Assembly: GCF_009914755.1 (NCBI RefSeq) | Contig: NC_060939.1 | Source of the DNA: the human T2T-CHM13v2.0 reference genome, Homo sapiens | DNA length: 64,000 nucleotides | Direction: 5' to 3' (one strand) | Part shown: positions 29,601 to 42,477 of the stretch, piece after piece | Layout: each line of letters starts with the position of its first letter | Numbering within the stretch: the stretch's first letter is position 1 | Translations under genes and position numbers: made by a program | Notes under the pieces: model-generated | What the model saw: only the letters and a program-made list of their open reading frames with translations | Told to the model about the DNA's origin: nothing | Databases searched by the model: none

Positions 29601-30954
29601 CTGTGAACCACCTGTTCATACCCTTAGATCCTGTCTCCACTGGGTTGTCTGTTTCTTATTGATTTGTTAGAATTATTTATAAATGAAGAAAACCAGCAGT
29701 TTAGGGTGCATTTTAGAACAGGTTTTCTGCTTTGGTCTTCACATGTCAGTATGTATTGGGGACGGAGCAGCACGCTGGCAGGTTATAAAGCTTCGAGGTT
29801 CAATTATTTTTGTCTCTTACCATGATTTATTATTTGGTTTTGCTGCCTGTCACTAACAGAGGTCCTGTTAGTTCGTCCTAATTTTAGGAATATTATGTCT
29901 CAAAACACTTGAAAGTTGTCCCATCTTGCATCTTGCCTTACAGAAAACTCCTTGACTATCAGAACAGAAGAAGGGGAGAGGGTTGTCAGGAGGATCAGGA
30001 AGGAGTGGAGGGAGGCTGGGTGGTCAATGCAACTAGCAGGCTAACATCTCAAGCCCTCATCCCCTCATTTTTTCTTTGATTGGCTTTTTCTTCCTTTCTC
30101 TTTCTGTTTCTACTCCTTCGTTCCTTTCTGTTTTTCTGTGTTTTTGTTTGTTTGTTTGTTTCTGGCTACATACTATAAAAATGCAATTCTGGAGCATGTG
30201 GTTAGTTTCTCACCATGGGGACTCAGATGGAATTTCAAGTCACTCACCATAATTCGACTATAAATTAGAGAATTATTATGAATAGAATAGGACGGAATGT
30301 GGCTTCATGTTTTCTTCCCCCAGGGACCTGCCCAATTTGGCAATAGGAACTAAATTAAGGGTGAGATTAGTTCTAGGAAGTGGATTTTGAGTATAGCTGT
30401 ATGTCTAATCCAAGTATTATAGGCAGTGTCTTAGTTATCTGTGTTAATGAGAGATCAGGAGGCGGTGGATAACTGAAATCTCCAAATGTGCCAGAAACAT
30501 ATTTCTGCCTTTGTTCGTTTATCCCAATGATCCTTCCACCAGGACAATTGTCGAAGTGGTTTTATTTCTTCTCATTTTAACCTTCTGTTTTCTAGCAACA
30601 ATGTAGGCAGGGAGGCCACATGCTGCAGGGAGAAAAATGAATTTAGACCAGAAGTCGGGAGACAATTTTAGTCCTGTCTGTGCCCTGCACTAGCCTGAGA
30701 CGGAGGACAAGACATAAAGTCTCCTAGGTTCTCAGTTTCTTCCCTCTAAAAGGAGCCATATAACATCAACCTCTCTGGGTGGCTGGGGGAGCTGAGGGGC
30801 CCTGGAAAGTGTTAACTGGCGCTAGTGCTGCCTGTGTCACAGAGCCGGGCCATTTACACATGTGCCATCTGGGCAGCATGGGACACAGAGGAGGAGTGTG
30901 GCCCGTGCCTGCCCATTTTCCTTCCTTGTTCTCCAAGTATGAGCACACTCCATT

Positions 30955-31292
30955 ATTTTCCTAGGGCTGCCATAATGAATTACCACAAACTGGATTGCTT
31001 AAAACAACAGACATTTACTCTCTTGAAATTCTGAAGATCAGCAGTTCAAAATCTGTGTCACTAGGGCCACGCTCCTTCCAAAGTTACTAAGGGGAGAATC
31101 CTTCCTTGCCTCTTCCAGCTTCTGGTGGCTCCAGGAATTCCTTGGCTTGTGGCTACACCACCCCAATCTCTGCTTCAGGGGTCACATTGCCTTTGTCTCT
31201 GTGTCCGTGTCTTCTCTTCCATGTCTTATAAGGGCACTTGTCATTGGATTTAGGGTCCACCTGGCTTACCTAGGATGATCTCTTCTTGAGAT
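30955..31292 (-). mobile_element. MLT1 (B/C-like) LTR fragment
   Basis: GGGCTGCCATAATGAATTACCACAAACTGG...CCTCTTCCAGCTTCTGGTGGCT. Confidence 0.75.
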
Positions 31293-31897
31293 GAGCTATG
31301 TAATCTGGCACCGAGCAGGTGCCTGAACAATTACAGTTATGACTGTGACTCCCGTTTCCTCTTCTGAGGTCTTTTCAATTCTCCCCGCCTTCACCCTGCC
31401 CAGCCAGGACAGCCAGTCCCTTCCAAAAGCCTCCCACAATCTTGTACTGGCTGCATAGAGCTCATCTGCTGCTGGGTCTAAGCACTTGTGTGGACCTGTG
31501 ATGTGTTTTCCCTTGTCTTCTGGGCCTGGCTCAGCACTGGCATACAGCTGGTGCTCAGAGCATGTCTTCATAATGAATAAACTACAGTGTGCTTGCTCTT
31601 GGCATGGAGCCTGGCACAGTAGGTCTCTGAAATGACCAGTTAAATGAGGGTGTAGATCACTCTTTGGATAGAGCTTTTGAACCTTCTGACATTTTTCACC
31701 TCTTCCAAGTCACCATGGCAGCAGGGACATTATTGTCATTACTAACAAATATTTGTTTAGTGCCAAGCTCTCTGCTATGCACATGGATGGCCTAACCTAA
31801 ATCCCCTTACAGCTTACAAGGTAGGTACTGGTACTATCCATCTTTAAAGCACAGTGAGCCTCAGAGAAATTCAGAAACTTCCCAGTCACACTGCTAT

Positions 31898-32523
31898 TGA
31901 GAGGTGAAGCCAGGGGGACTTCCTAGGTCGAGTGGGGACTTGGAGAACTTTTCTGTCTAGCTAGAAGATTGTAAACGCCCCAATCAGGGCTCTGTGTCTA
32001 GCTAAAGGATTGTAAATGCACCAATCAGCACTCTGTAAAAACACACCAATCAGCACTCTGTGTATAGCTAGAGGATTGTATATGCACCAATCAGCACTCT
32101 GTAAAATGGACCGATCAGCACTCTGTAAAATGGACCAATCAGCAGGATGTGGGCGGGGACAAATAAGGGACTAAAAGCTGGCGACCCGCCCCACTCCCTC
32201 CAGTCCCTCCAGTCCCTCCCAGCCAGCAGCCGCAACTTGCTGAGGTATCTTTGTATGCTGTGGAAGCTTTGTTCTTTTGCTCGTCATAGTAATTCTTGCT
32301 GTTGCTCACTGTTTGAGTCAGTGCTACCTTTGTGAGCTGTAACACTCAACAGCGAAGGTCTGCGGCTTCATTCTTGAAGTCAGCAAGACAACGAACCCAC
32401 TGGAAGGAAGAAACTCCGTGACACCACCTTTAAGAGCTATAACGCTCACTGTGAAGGTCCGCAGCTTCATTCTTGAAGTCAGTGGGACCACGAACCCACC
32501 GGAAGGAACAAACTCCGGACACA
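31898..32523 (+). mobile_element. LTR12F (ERV9/ERV1) solo LTR, sense to THSD4
   Basis: TGAGAGGTGAAGCCAG start; tandem CCAATCAGCACTCTG units; duplicated GAAGGTC(T/C)GC(G/A)GCTTCATTCTTGAAGTCAG; ACTCCGGACACA end; TSD CTAT/CTAG; inserted in a MIR. Confidence 0.92.
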
Positions 32524-32929
32524 CTAGGAAGTGGTGGCAGGGGTGTAATCATAGGCAGTCTGGCTCTAAAGCGGTGGCCTCTCAACCACAGTGTCCATCC
32601 AGTTCCTTGCCTTTCCGGCAGGGTGACACAAGGCATGTCTTCCTTGCAGTTTATGGGAAGTCCAGTCCCTCTGGCGGGAATCCGGAAGACCGAGTTGGAG
32701 GTTAAAGGGGACTCCTGAAACCGCGTGAGCCCTCCAAGGCCATGACACCCAAAGCCAGGGCCGCATTATGACTTTCGCGGGGCCTAGGCATTTTTGCCTT
32801 CGCGGGGCCCTCTTTCCTCCAAAAACCGACTCTAAGCCAGGCTGGATTGTATTAATACTTATCTTTGAAACAGACTGTGCCTACTTGTGCCTGATGGATA
32901 AGTCGACCCTGCTCAAAGCTTTTCGGGTG

Positions 32930-33430
32930 AAGAGAGGAGCGGTGTTCTGGTCCCCTAACCTGCCTCTGTCTCCGCAGGTCCCGCAGCGGATGGCGGCGGA
33001 GGGCGCCCCCGAGGACGACGGCGGCGGCGGCGCCCCGGGAGTGTGGGGCGCCTGGGGCCCCTGGTCGGCCTGCTCGCGTAGCTGCAGCGGCGGCGTGATG
33101 GAGCAGACGCGGCCCTGCCTGCCCCGCTCCTACCGCCTGCGCGGCGGCCAGCGGCCTGGCGCCCCTGCGCGCGCCTTCGCGGACCACGTGGTGTCGGCGG
33201 TGCGCACGTCGGTGCCACTGCACCGGAGCCGCGACGAGACGCCAGCGCTGGCCGGTACGGACGCCAGCCGCCAGGGCCCCACGGTGCTGCGAGGCAGCCG
33301 GCACCCACAGCCCCAGGGCCTCGAAGTCACTGGGGACAGAAGGTACACGCCCGCCCTTGTCTGTGCCGCTCCCCGTCCCTGTCCCAGTATCTGCCCCTGT
33401 CCCTGCCCCTGCCTCGCACGCTGCTCTGCA
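32930..33430. promoter_or_regulatory. Intragenic CpG island over the coding exon
   Basis: Very high GC and CpG density (ggcggcggcggcgcc, gcgcgcgcc, many CG) against a CpG-poor background. Confidence 0.8.
32978..33342 (+). CDS. THSD4: THSD4/ADAMTSL6 internal coding exon (likely exon 4), N-terminal half of split TSR1 (VPQRMAAEG...WGAWGPWSACSRSCSGGVMEQTRPC...EVTGDR)
   Basis: Branch-like CCTAAC, pyrimidine tract and tccgcAG acceptor ending 32977. Donor AG|GTACAC at 33343. Encodes the TSR signature WxxWxxWxxCSxSCxGG..RxC; peptide recognised as THSD4. Phase 0 start, phase 2 end joins in frame with the 60584 exon. Confidence 0.96.
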
Positions 33431-34752
33431 CCACAGACAGTGCGACTAATGCATTGCTCTGCCAGGTGGCAAGGAGCTCTGGGCTCCACGAAGCTCCTTT
33501 CACCTTTTGATTTATTTTGCAGCCTTGTAAAGTGTTGAGGCCACTCCCACCTCACTCTGTGGTTCTGAATAATCTTCAAAGCCAGGCTAATTCTGAGAAT
33601 GCCCTTAGGAAGAATTTTAGGGAGGCCTCCTAGAGGGGTGAAAGCAGGAGGGGAGTGCTGTCCGGGTGCCGGGAAGGAGAGATCCTCAGCCTGTGTGGAT
33701 TAAAGCTGAGGACACAAGACGAGAAGAAGTGTGTCTAACCGGAAAGCTGATATGAGTTGCCAATCCTAGGATAAGTTGAATGTTTGGAGCCTTAGAATGC
33801 TCCCAAGCTGTAGGCTTCCAGATTCTGTGAACTTTTCTAGTAAGTTTCTCCGAAGTTTTTTGAGTCAACACATTGGTTTGAGGATATGTCTAAGGACCTA
33901 AACTGTTTCAGAGTCATAAAATGTAAACTCTAGAAATGGCATAGTGTCATCAGAATAGTGGTATAGCTCTAAGAAGCATAAATATGCCAAAGTAGGCATT
34001 GCGGTGCTGAGAAGAGCTTGTCAGTGAGTGAAGCAATAGATACTAACAGATCACTGCATTCATCCGGCAGTATTTGTTGGGTGTCTTAGTGCCTAGGTTC
34101 CTGATAGATCCTGGGAGAATACTAATGCAAAAACAGTAACAAAAAACAAATATGGACAAGAACAAAAAGTGTAAGATGTGCTCTCTTTGCTTAAGAAATG
34201 CATAATTCATTTGTCAAGCCCTGTTAATGCCCAGCAGGCAGGGCCTGAGCTTATCAGGTGGGCTGCCTTGCCCCCTTGCCCACTCACAGTTCAGCATCAG
34301 TCTCCATGGCCACCCTTTGCCACGGTGGCCACTTGCTGCATGAGAGTCTGTCTTAGCTCAGTGATGGAAGCTGTCACTGCCAGCCGCCTGAAGGTGGAAA
34401 GGAGATGCGACACATCCAGCCTCCCCAGCCACATGCTCTTTACCTGGTGCAGTAGGGGTTTGGAGAGAGAGAGGACCATTTCGGGAAGAAGGGTTCTTCA
34501 GCTGAATTCTGAAGGATGAGTCAAGTTTGAGTAGACAGAAGAGAGGAGTGAAGAACAGTGAGTTCCAAGACTGAGCATGGAGGGGGAAGGAGAGAGGCAG
34601 CCCCAAAGGAATGCTTCCTTCTCTCTCTCTTTCTACATGGGAACCTGAGCACCCTCTAGGACGGTCTGCTCCTAAAGCCGAAGGCTAGATGTACGTTGTC
34701 TCTTTTGATCCCAGCCACAATGCCGTAATAGCATAGCTCCATAGTCCCTTAT

Positions 34753-35039
34753 TTTTTTGAGACAGAGTCTCACGCTGTCACCCAGGTTGGAGTGCAGTGG
34801 CACCATCTGGGCTCACTGCAGCCTCCAACTCCGGGTTCAAGCTATTCTCATGCCTCAGCCTCCCGAGCAGCTGGGATTACAGGCATGCACCACCATACCC
34901 AGCTAATTTTTGTATCTTTAGTAGAGGTGGGGTTTCGCCATGTTGGCCAGGCTGGTCTTGAACTCCTGACCTCAAGTGATCTGCCCACCTCGGTCTCCCA
35001 AAGTGCTGGGATTATAGGCATGAGCCACTGCGCCTGGCC
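34753..35039 (-). mobile_element. AluS
   Basis: Reverse Alu; TSD CATAGTCCCTTAT. Confidence 0.92.
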
Positions 35040-35278
35040 CATAGTCCCTTATCTGAAATGCATATGGCCAATATGTTTTGGAATTCAGAACTGCCCAGAT
35101 TTTAGAAAGGTAATTCAGACATATTTCACATGTTAATAGCATTTCTTCCGTCGTATGGGACAGCATCCCATAATCAAACACATTATTATTTCTGCAATGA
35201 AACATATGGATGTTCTCACCAAGCAGGATACAACAAAAAGATCATAAGTAGCCTGATATCGGTTAAGATCAGGTTTGA

Positions 35279-36014
<736 letters not shown>

Positions 36015-38489
36015 TCCCCAGGCACTGTTCTTATCACTTTACACTCATGGTCCTATAAGAGAGTTGCTAATAGCATCTTCATTTTAGAGGTAAGGAAATA
36101 GAGTCAGGCTTGAAACCCAGGCCATCGTGGCTCTAAGGACGTGACCTGATGAAGTAGATGTTACACCTGAGGAATCAGAGGACCTAGAGCCAGTGGACAA
36201 GCTGAGTTTTGAAGGCGGTGCTGCTCACCCCCAGATCCCTGCAGTACTCATCCTCCTGCGGGTGCCAACTGAAGGGATGGAGGGCTGGATTTGGGTGAGG
36301 TCTGAGTGGGAAAGAGGCTTCTTGAAAGCCTCTGTGGTGGAGAACCTAGAAGAGCTGCCTGAGGATCAGGCTCTTGTTGGCCACAGGCCTGTGCTGCAGG
36401 CATTGTGCCTGTGTGTTTTGGCAGCAGGAAATTTTTTTCTTCAAATGTATTGACGGGGGCCAGTTAAACTGTTTACTATGAAGTTCCTGCAAGTTTTTAT
36501 CATGCTCTTGTGATTTGACAGTTACTGATGAAATAATCCAAATATTAGCCTAGGAGGCCTGTGCTGCCTACATATGTCATGCTCCTCCCGGCTGATGAAA
36601 ATCACATTTGCTTATATTCATCAGTCATTAGGTACTTGCATAGTATATTTGACCCCAAGGAGAAATGTCAGCATATTTTCAGGATGGCTGTCCGCTCCAC
36701 TCTCTGTTTCAGGTTTGAAGTTTGAGGAAAAGGCTGTTGGAGTTTAGATGTTTAAAAAATTGTTAGGTTGCTCTGCTAGGCAACAGGAAACTTCATTGGA
36801 GTCAGATAACAAATGAAGCTATTCAACCTTCCACCAGATATTTATTAAACATCTACTATGTTGTAAGGCCCTGGGACATACACAAAGGTGAATAAAAGCC
36901 AGGTTTTGGGACCTCATGGCTCTTACTGACAGGCTAGAGCAGTTGTTTGCAAAATTACCATTTTTTTTTTAAGCAGAAGAATCCGTTCTGCAAAATCAAT
37001 CTTAGATGGAGGCTCAGTTTATGTAATAACACACGTAAAATCTGAGTTGCTCTGGTTGAAGCCTCAGAGGTATTGCTATAGAAACCTGGGGTCAAGATCC
37101 AATGGAACAGTGGTTTTCAACCTTGACTGACTGTTAGAATTTTTTTTCCCATCTTTTAGAAACCCTGACACCCACGTCACACTCCAAACCAGCATCGGAA
37201 TCTCTAGGGGCCACCCTCAGATGTTGGTCTGATTCCAATCCAGCCAAGTTTGGGAAGCACTGGTCTGGATGAAGCTCTTTGGAGACTCAAGTTTCCATGG
37301 AAAAGATTTTGGGAATCAAATATTGTCTAGCAGAATTTTCCAAGTTTGGTGAGCACGTATCAGAATCACTTGCCGTGGAGTGGGTGGCTTGTTAAAAAGA
37401 GAGTTGCCAAGTCCCCACCATCTCCCATGCCTAATGGGGATTCTGATTTGTAGGTCAGTTATATGTTCTACGTTTCTTCATTTTAAATGCTTCTGATATA
37501 CCCTAGAGTTTGAGAACCACTCCTCTAGAGGGTTGGAAAAGATGCACATGTAAATGCCTTCAATATAAGGCAGTCTGATGAGATAGTAGTGACAATGGCT
37601 CCCATGTTGAAGCACGTCTCCTGTGCAGGCATTCTTTCAAATGCATGACAACATTTACAGTTACACAACCCTGTGAGGCAGAAACTATTATTCACATTTT
37701 ATAAACAATGAAACCGAGGCTGGGAGGAATGAAGTGACTTGCTCAAGATTACCACTTGAGAAGCAACAGCACTAGAATTCAAAAGAGGTCTGCCAGAGTC
37801 TGACACTAAAGTTCTTTTCACTGAAATGGGTATTCTGAAAATGAAGCTGCTGACTTCCAGCTGGTGTGTTCAGAAAAGCTGTGTGGAGGTTGGGCTGTCT
37901 GAGCCGTGTCTTGACAAACGGATGGGATTTAATAGTGAAGGCTTAAAATGAGCTGCATCTCTTCCTTTCAATGTTCAGCTCCTTTAACCAGGGTAATCTT
38001 CTTTGCATCTAATCCTAGGCATCACGTGAGTTCAAAAAAAAATTAGAAGTCACAGTCTCTATTCTTGGGGGCCTTACACTTTCGTGGTGGAGAAGGGCAA
38101 ACCCAAAAAACACTGCCCACTCTGGGAGATGGTAGAGATACGACCAGGGTTCAGGAAGAAGGAATCCTTGTGGAATGGAACAGTCAGGGAAGACTGCACA
38201 GAGCAGGTAGGATTTGATGAATAAATAGAATTTACTTAGCTGGAATATATCTGGAAACTTCTTGAGTCCACTTGCTTCCATATCAGGCCTTTGTCTCATT
38301 AAAACAAGCACATACGTAGTATAAATCCTACTCTAAAAGCCTCAAAAATAACGTCAATCTTCATTGGAGCTCTCCCAAGGATTCCGAGCTTAGGACAATT
38401 AAACTTCTCTGAGCCTCAGGGGCTTCATCTTTCAAATGAGAGTAATAATAATACCTATCATGTGGGGTTGTTGAATAATTCAATGAAAT

Positions 38490-38560
38490 AATACATTCAT
38501 ATTGCCTGGCCCATAGTGGACACTCATTAAATACATTCATATTGCCTGGCCCATAGTGGA
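38490..38560 (+). repeat. Direct duplication, period 40 bp (31-bp identical core), at a MIR 3' end
   Basis: AATACATTCATATTGCCTGGCCCATAGTGGA at 38490-38520 and 38530-38560. Confidence 0.9.
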
Positions 38561-39197
38561 TGCTCAAAGTGAACGCTGTAACTCCCATTATGGGTCTAAA
38601 GGCTGGTATTAGATAGTGTGTTAGAGAGAGTACCAGTTAGAACTCAAGTGCAGCAGAAGGGATCAGGTGAACTAGGGCCACTCAGGAAGACAGGGAGCCA
38701 GGAACTGAGCTCCCGTCCAGATGGGTGGGACTCTGGGAAGCATAGACTGGGTGCAGCCAAGACCCTAGTGTCTGTGCTCCCTGCTCTCTGCCCCTTCTTA
38801 GTGTGGCTTGCTCAGAAAAATCCTCCACAAAGGGTGGCATTCTCCTGTGATTTAGTGAGGGCAATGGCAGCCTGGGGAGGTTCCAGGCTAGGGGGTTCAT
38901 CCTTCAGGTCTTGGCCAACAGATTCCATAATGGCACTCAACCAAGTCATCTTTCACTCCAGGCCCAAGGCTGTGTCCCCGTGATGGCTAAAGGGGAAGGG
39001 GCGAGTAGGGAAGAAAGGTGTTTAGGTGAGTCCTGCAAAGCATGCCGCATTGTAGCAACTCACACTTGTGAAACTGAAGAGACTCCTTGGTAGGGGAGAC
39101 TTCCCCCTCAGTTTCTGGAAATGGGTACCTGTAGACTAGAGGGTGCTGGAAGGAGCCCCTGTTACTATAGGACTCCCCTTCAACTTTTCTTCCTCCA

Positions 39198-40005
39198 ATT
39201 ATTTTATTGTGTTAAAATACACATAACATAAAATTGACCATCTTAACTATTTTTAAGCATATGGTTCAGTGACACTGAGTATATTCATACTGTTATGCTA
39301 CCATCACCACCATCCATTCACAGAACTCTTTTTATCTTTCAAAACTGAAACTGTACCCATGAAACAATAACTTCACATTCCTTCCTTCCCCCACCGCAGC
39401 CCTTAGCCAACCACCATTCTACTTTCTTCCTCTATGATTTTGACTACTCTTAAGTATCTCATGTAAATTGAATGATACAGTATTTGTCGTTTTTGTGACT
39501 GGCTTATTTCACTCAACATAATGTCCTCAAGGTTTATTCCATATTGTAGCATATTCCTTTTTAGGGCTGAATAGTATTCCATTGCATGTATAGACCACAT
39601 TTTGCTTATCCTTTCATCCATCAGTGGACATTTAGGTTGCTTCCACATTTTAGGAATTGTGAATAACACTGCTATGAACATGGGTGTTTTCAGTTCTTTT
39701 GGGTGGAAATTGGGAAGTGGAATTTCTGGATCATAGGGTAATCATATTTTTAGATTTTTGAAGAACTGCCATACTGTTTTCTATAGCAGCTGTACTATTT
39801 TACCTTCCCACAACAGTGCACGAGGATTCCGTCCTCACCAACACTTGTTATTTTCTGTTTTTTTTTGATAGTGCCCATCCTAATGGGTGTGGGGTGGTAT
39901 CTCATTGTAGTTTGGTTTGCATTTCCCTAATGATCAGTGATGTTGAACATTTTTTTATGTGCTTAATGGCTGTTTATGTATCTTCTTTGGAAAAATGCCT
40001 GTTGG
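39198..40005 (-). mobile_element. L1MB 3' fragment
   Basis: Typical L1MB 3' end. The - strand ORF 39403-39681 (MFIAVLFTIPKMWKQPKCP..W.IH.MEYYSA) is a decayed ORF2p C-terminus. Confidence 0.88.
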
Positions 40006-42477
40006 AAAAAAAGTCCTTTGAAGACCTTCCCTTTTATAACTCTGAAAGCAGGGTGGATTTCTTCCCATTCCCAAAATGTCTGGGGAAAATGGCATCCAGA
40101 AAGACTCCCTGTGGCCCAGAACCCAAGTACACAACCTAACAGAAATGTGTTGTAAATGTCTGTTGGTCAGTTTCACCCAGCTTCCACAAAGACAGGGTAT
40201 GAGAGCAGTGCCCTCTCTTATTTGAGGACTTCAGGTGATTTTTTTCACCACTCTCATGCTAAAGGGCCCGATATCAGGCAAGCTTTCCTTCCCACTGGAC
40301 TTCCTTACATTTGCCTACATTAGCCAGCTTTTCTGGTCATTCATCACACTCATTAACCAGCTGGAATCTGGGGAATGGGATATTTGATGGCTTTAATTCA
40401 GATTTTCAAGTATGAATTTGAGCCAAGCAGTGCCAGGTTGACAACTTTCTTCTCCTGGAGACAGCTGTGGGTGGCTGGGATATGAAAGCCTCAACTATGA
40501 AAATCATGACCCTGTTCCCACTGAGGGGAGTGTGTCATATTCCTCAGGTGTTTGGGGGTGAAAGAGGTTGAGGAGGGTGGGCTTCCCAGAACTTCCCAGA
40601 GCAGTTTCCTATAGACGTTTTTCTGTGGAGCTGATTTCCTGTTGGGAAGGAGTCTGGTCGGGTGAGGAAAACTCTTGCCCAGGCGTGCAGACCCACACTT
40701 CAAGAGCAGTTTGTGGCCAGCTCTCAATGACTGGGGCTTTGAAATACAGTGCTTTATTAGAATCTAGAAGAACAGGAGCTACACACCCTGAAAGGCTGTA
40801 AACTACAGGATAGTTATGAGTGCAGCTTCTGGGATTGACAGGTTTGGATGCTCCATCTGACCCTGCCACTTGCTGGCTGTGTATCCTGCCGATGTTACTT
40901 AACTTTTCCCTGGTGGGAATAATAATACACCTACCTCACTGAGTTGCTGTGAGTTGGATAACTCACACCACATGCTTAGCACAGTATCTCCTGAGTGCTC
41001 AGTAAAGGCGTCTCAATGTCTTCCACCTGCCAGACACACTGGCAGTTGTTTTGACCTGCAGCATTTTATCGTGTCTTCATTACAACCTGTGTGACAGATG
41101 CGTGGTGTTCTCATTTATGGATGCCAAACTCAAGGGTCAGGGAGTAAATATCTCCTTCAAGGTCACGCAGAAGGCAAGCAAGAGAGCACAAGCCTGTGCG
41201 ACATCATGCTCCTTTCAGACCTGCTTTTCTAGAAAGCCCTTTTCAAAGTGAAAGGTAACACTCATTAATTTAGCTAAGTTTGATAAACTAACACCTCTTT
41301 GAGATGGAAAATGAAATATTTCTCTAATATTTATCCCAAAGCTTTTAGTGTTACATAGGAATACTGAAACTGGCTCTACTGTGAACTCCAGAAGCCCAGA
41401 GGAAACACTACCCGCTGTCATTAGAAGTTGGCCCTGCAAAGTCTTCATTCACATACTTATTTGCTGTTAAGGCTGCCTCTGGATCTCAGGGCTTAATAGA
41501 CATTGCCTTGTTTAAAGTTTTGTTGTCATTTGAATTCAGCCAATATTCTTTGTGTATTTGCTTTGGGCCAGGCACTGTGCTAAACACAGGAGGGGTAGAC
41601 AGGTGAAAGAGGCGTGGTTTTCCATGACCTCCATGTCTGATGAGGAAACAGCTCAGGTATGAATACCTAAGGGAGTGTGCTGAGTGTTCTACCTGGGGGA
41701 TGAGCCGAGGGCTGTGGGAGCAGAGAGGTGGGACTAATTCTTAGGGAACAAGGTCACTTCATGGTGGAGGGTACTTTCTTGAATGATTAGTTTGCATTTT
41801 TTAGGTGGAAAAGATGGGAAAGAGCTGGGAAAGGCTTGGTGTGGCTGGGGGATGTGGTGGTTTGCTGACACAAAGTGGAGAAGAAGTACTCCTTATCCTT
41901 GAGGGGCTCATGCTGGTGGGGTGGAGCAGGAAGACAAGCAGACATTTACAAGTCAAGTGCCCAGGGAGGAGAGGGGAAGACAACGGAGAACTGGAGGAGC
42001 CAGGGAAGGCTTCGGAGGAATAATTGAGCTGTGCTTTGAAAAGGAAAGATTTTAGCAGAGCCCAAGAGTGAGGAGGGCCTTCCTGCAAAGAGCAAATGGT
42101 CAGGGTGGAGACCTGGAGGCATGAGTGAGCATGTCATGTTCATAAATGGTTTGGTGAGGCTGGAGCACAGGCTGCAAATGAGGGAGTGTCCAGGCGAGAC
42201 TGGGGAAGTCCACAGGCTCCTTTCCAGAGAGGAACTTTAAAGCAGTCCTAAGGGGACTGAACAAGAAATTCTTAGAGTAAGACAGTCCCTATAAACATGG
42301 ATGGCCAACATTTTTTCCGTGAGATGATGTATACAGTGTAAAGCCCATCTAAATTTCTCCTTAATGCCTTGTGCTTTTCAAGCTGTTTGGCTATGCCATC
42401 TACCACCCCGTCTCTGTCAATCCAAGAAGCCGGGGTTAACTGGGGACTAAGGCTTGACCCTGTAGTTTTGTTACAGG

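Noticed and set aside
31955-32145. Regularly spaced CCAATCAGCACTCTG repeats suggesting a CRISPR-like array
   Set aside because: Normal LTR12 U3 tandem units; no unique spacers or cas genes; eukaryotic context.
33343-33538. Cys/Pro-rich tail of the 256-aa ORF (CPSICPCPCPC)
   Set aside because: Lies past the GT donor; intronic C-rich repeat translated by read-through.
32852-33579. Three overlapping minus-strand ORFs of 117-150 aa
   Set aside because: Shadow ORFs of a GC-rich exon where stop codons are scarce.
39403-39681. ORF similar to the L1 ORF2p C-terminus
   Set aside because: Decayed L1MB fragment, not an intact gene; listed as a mobile element.
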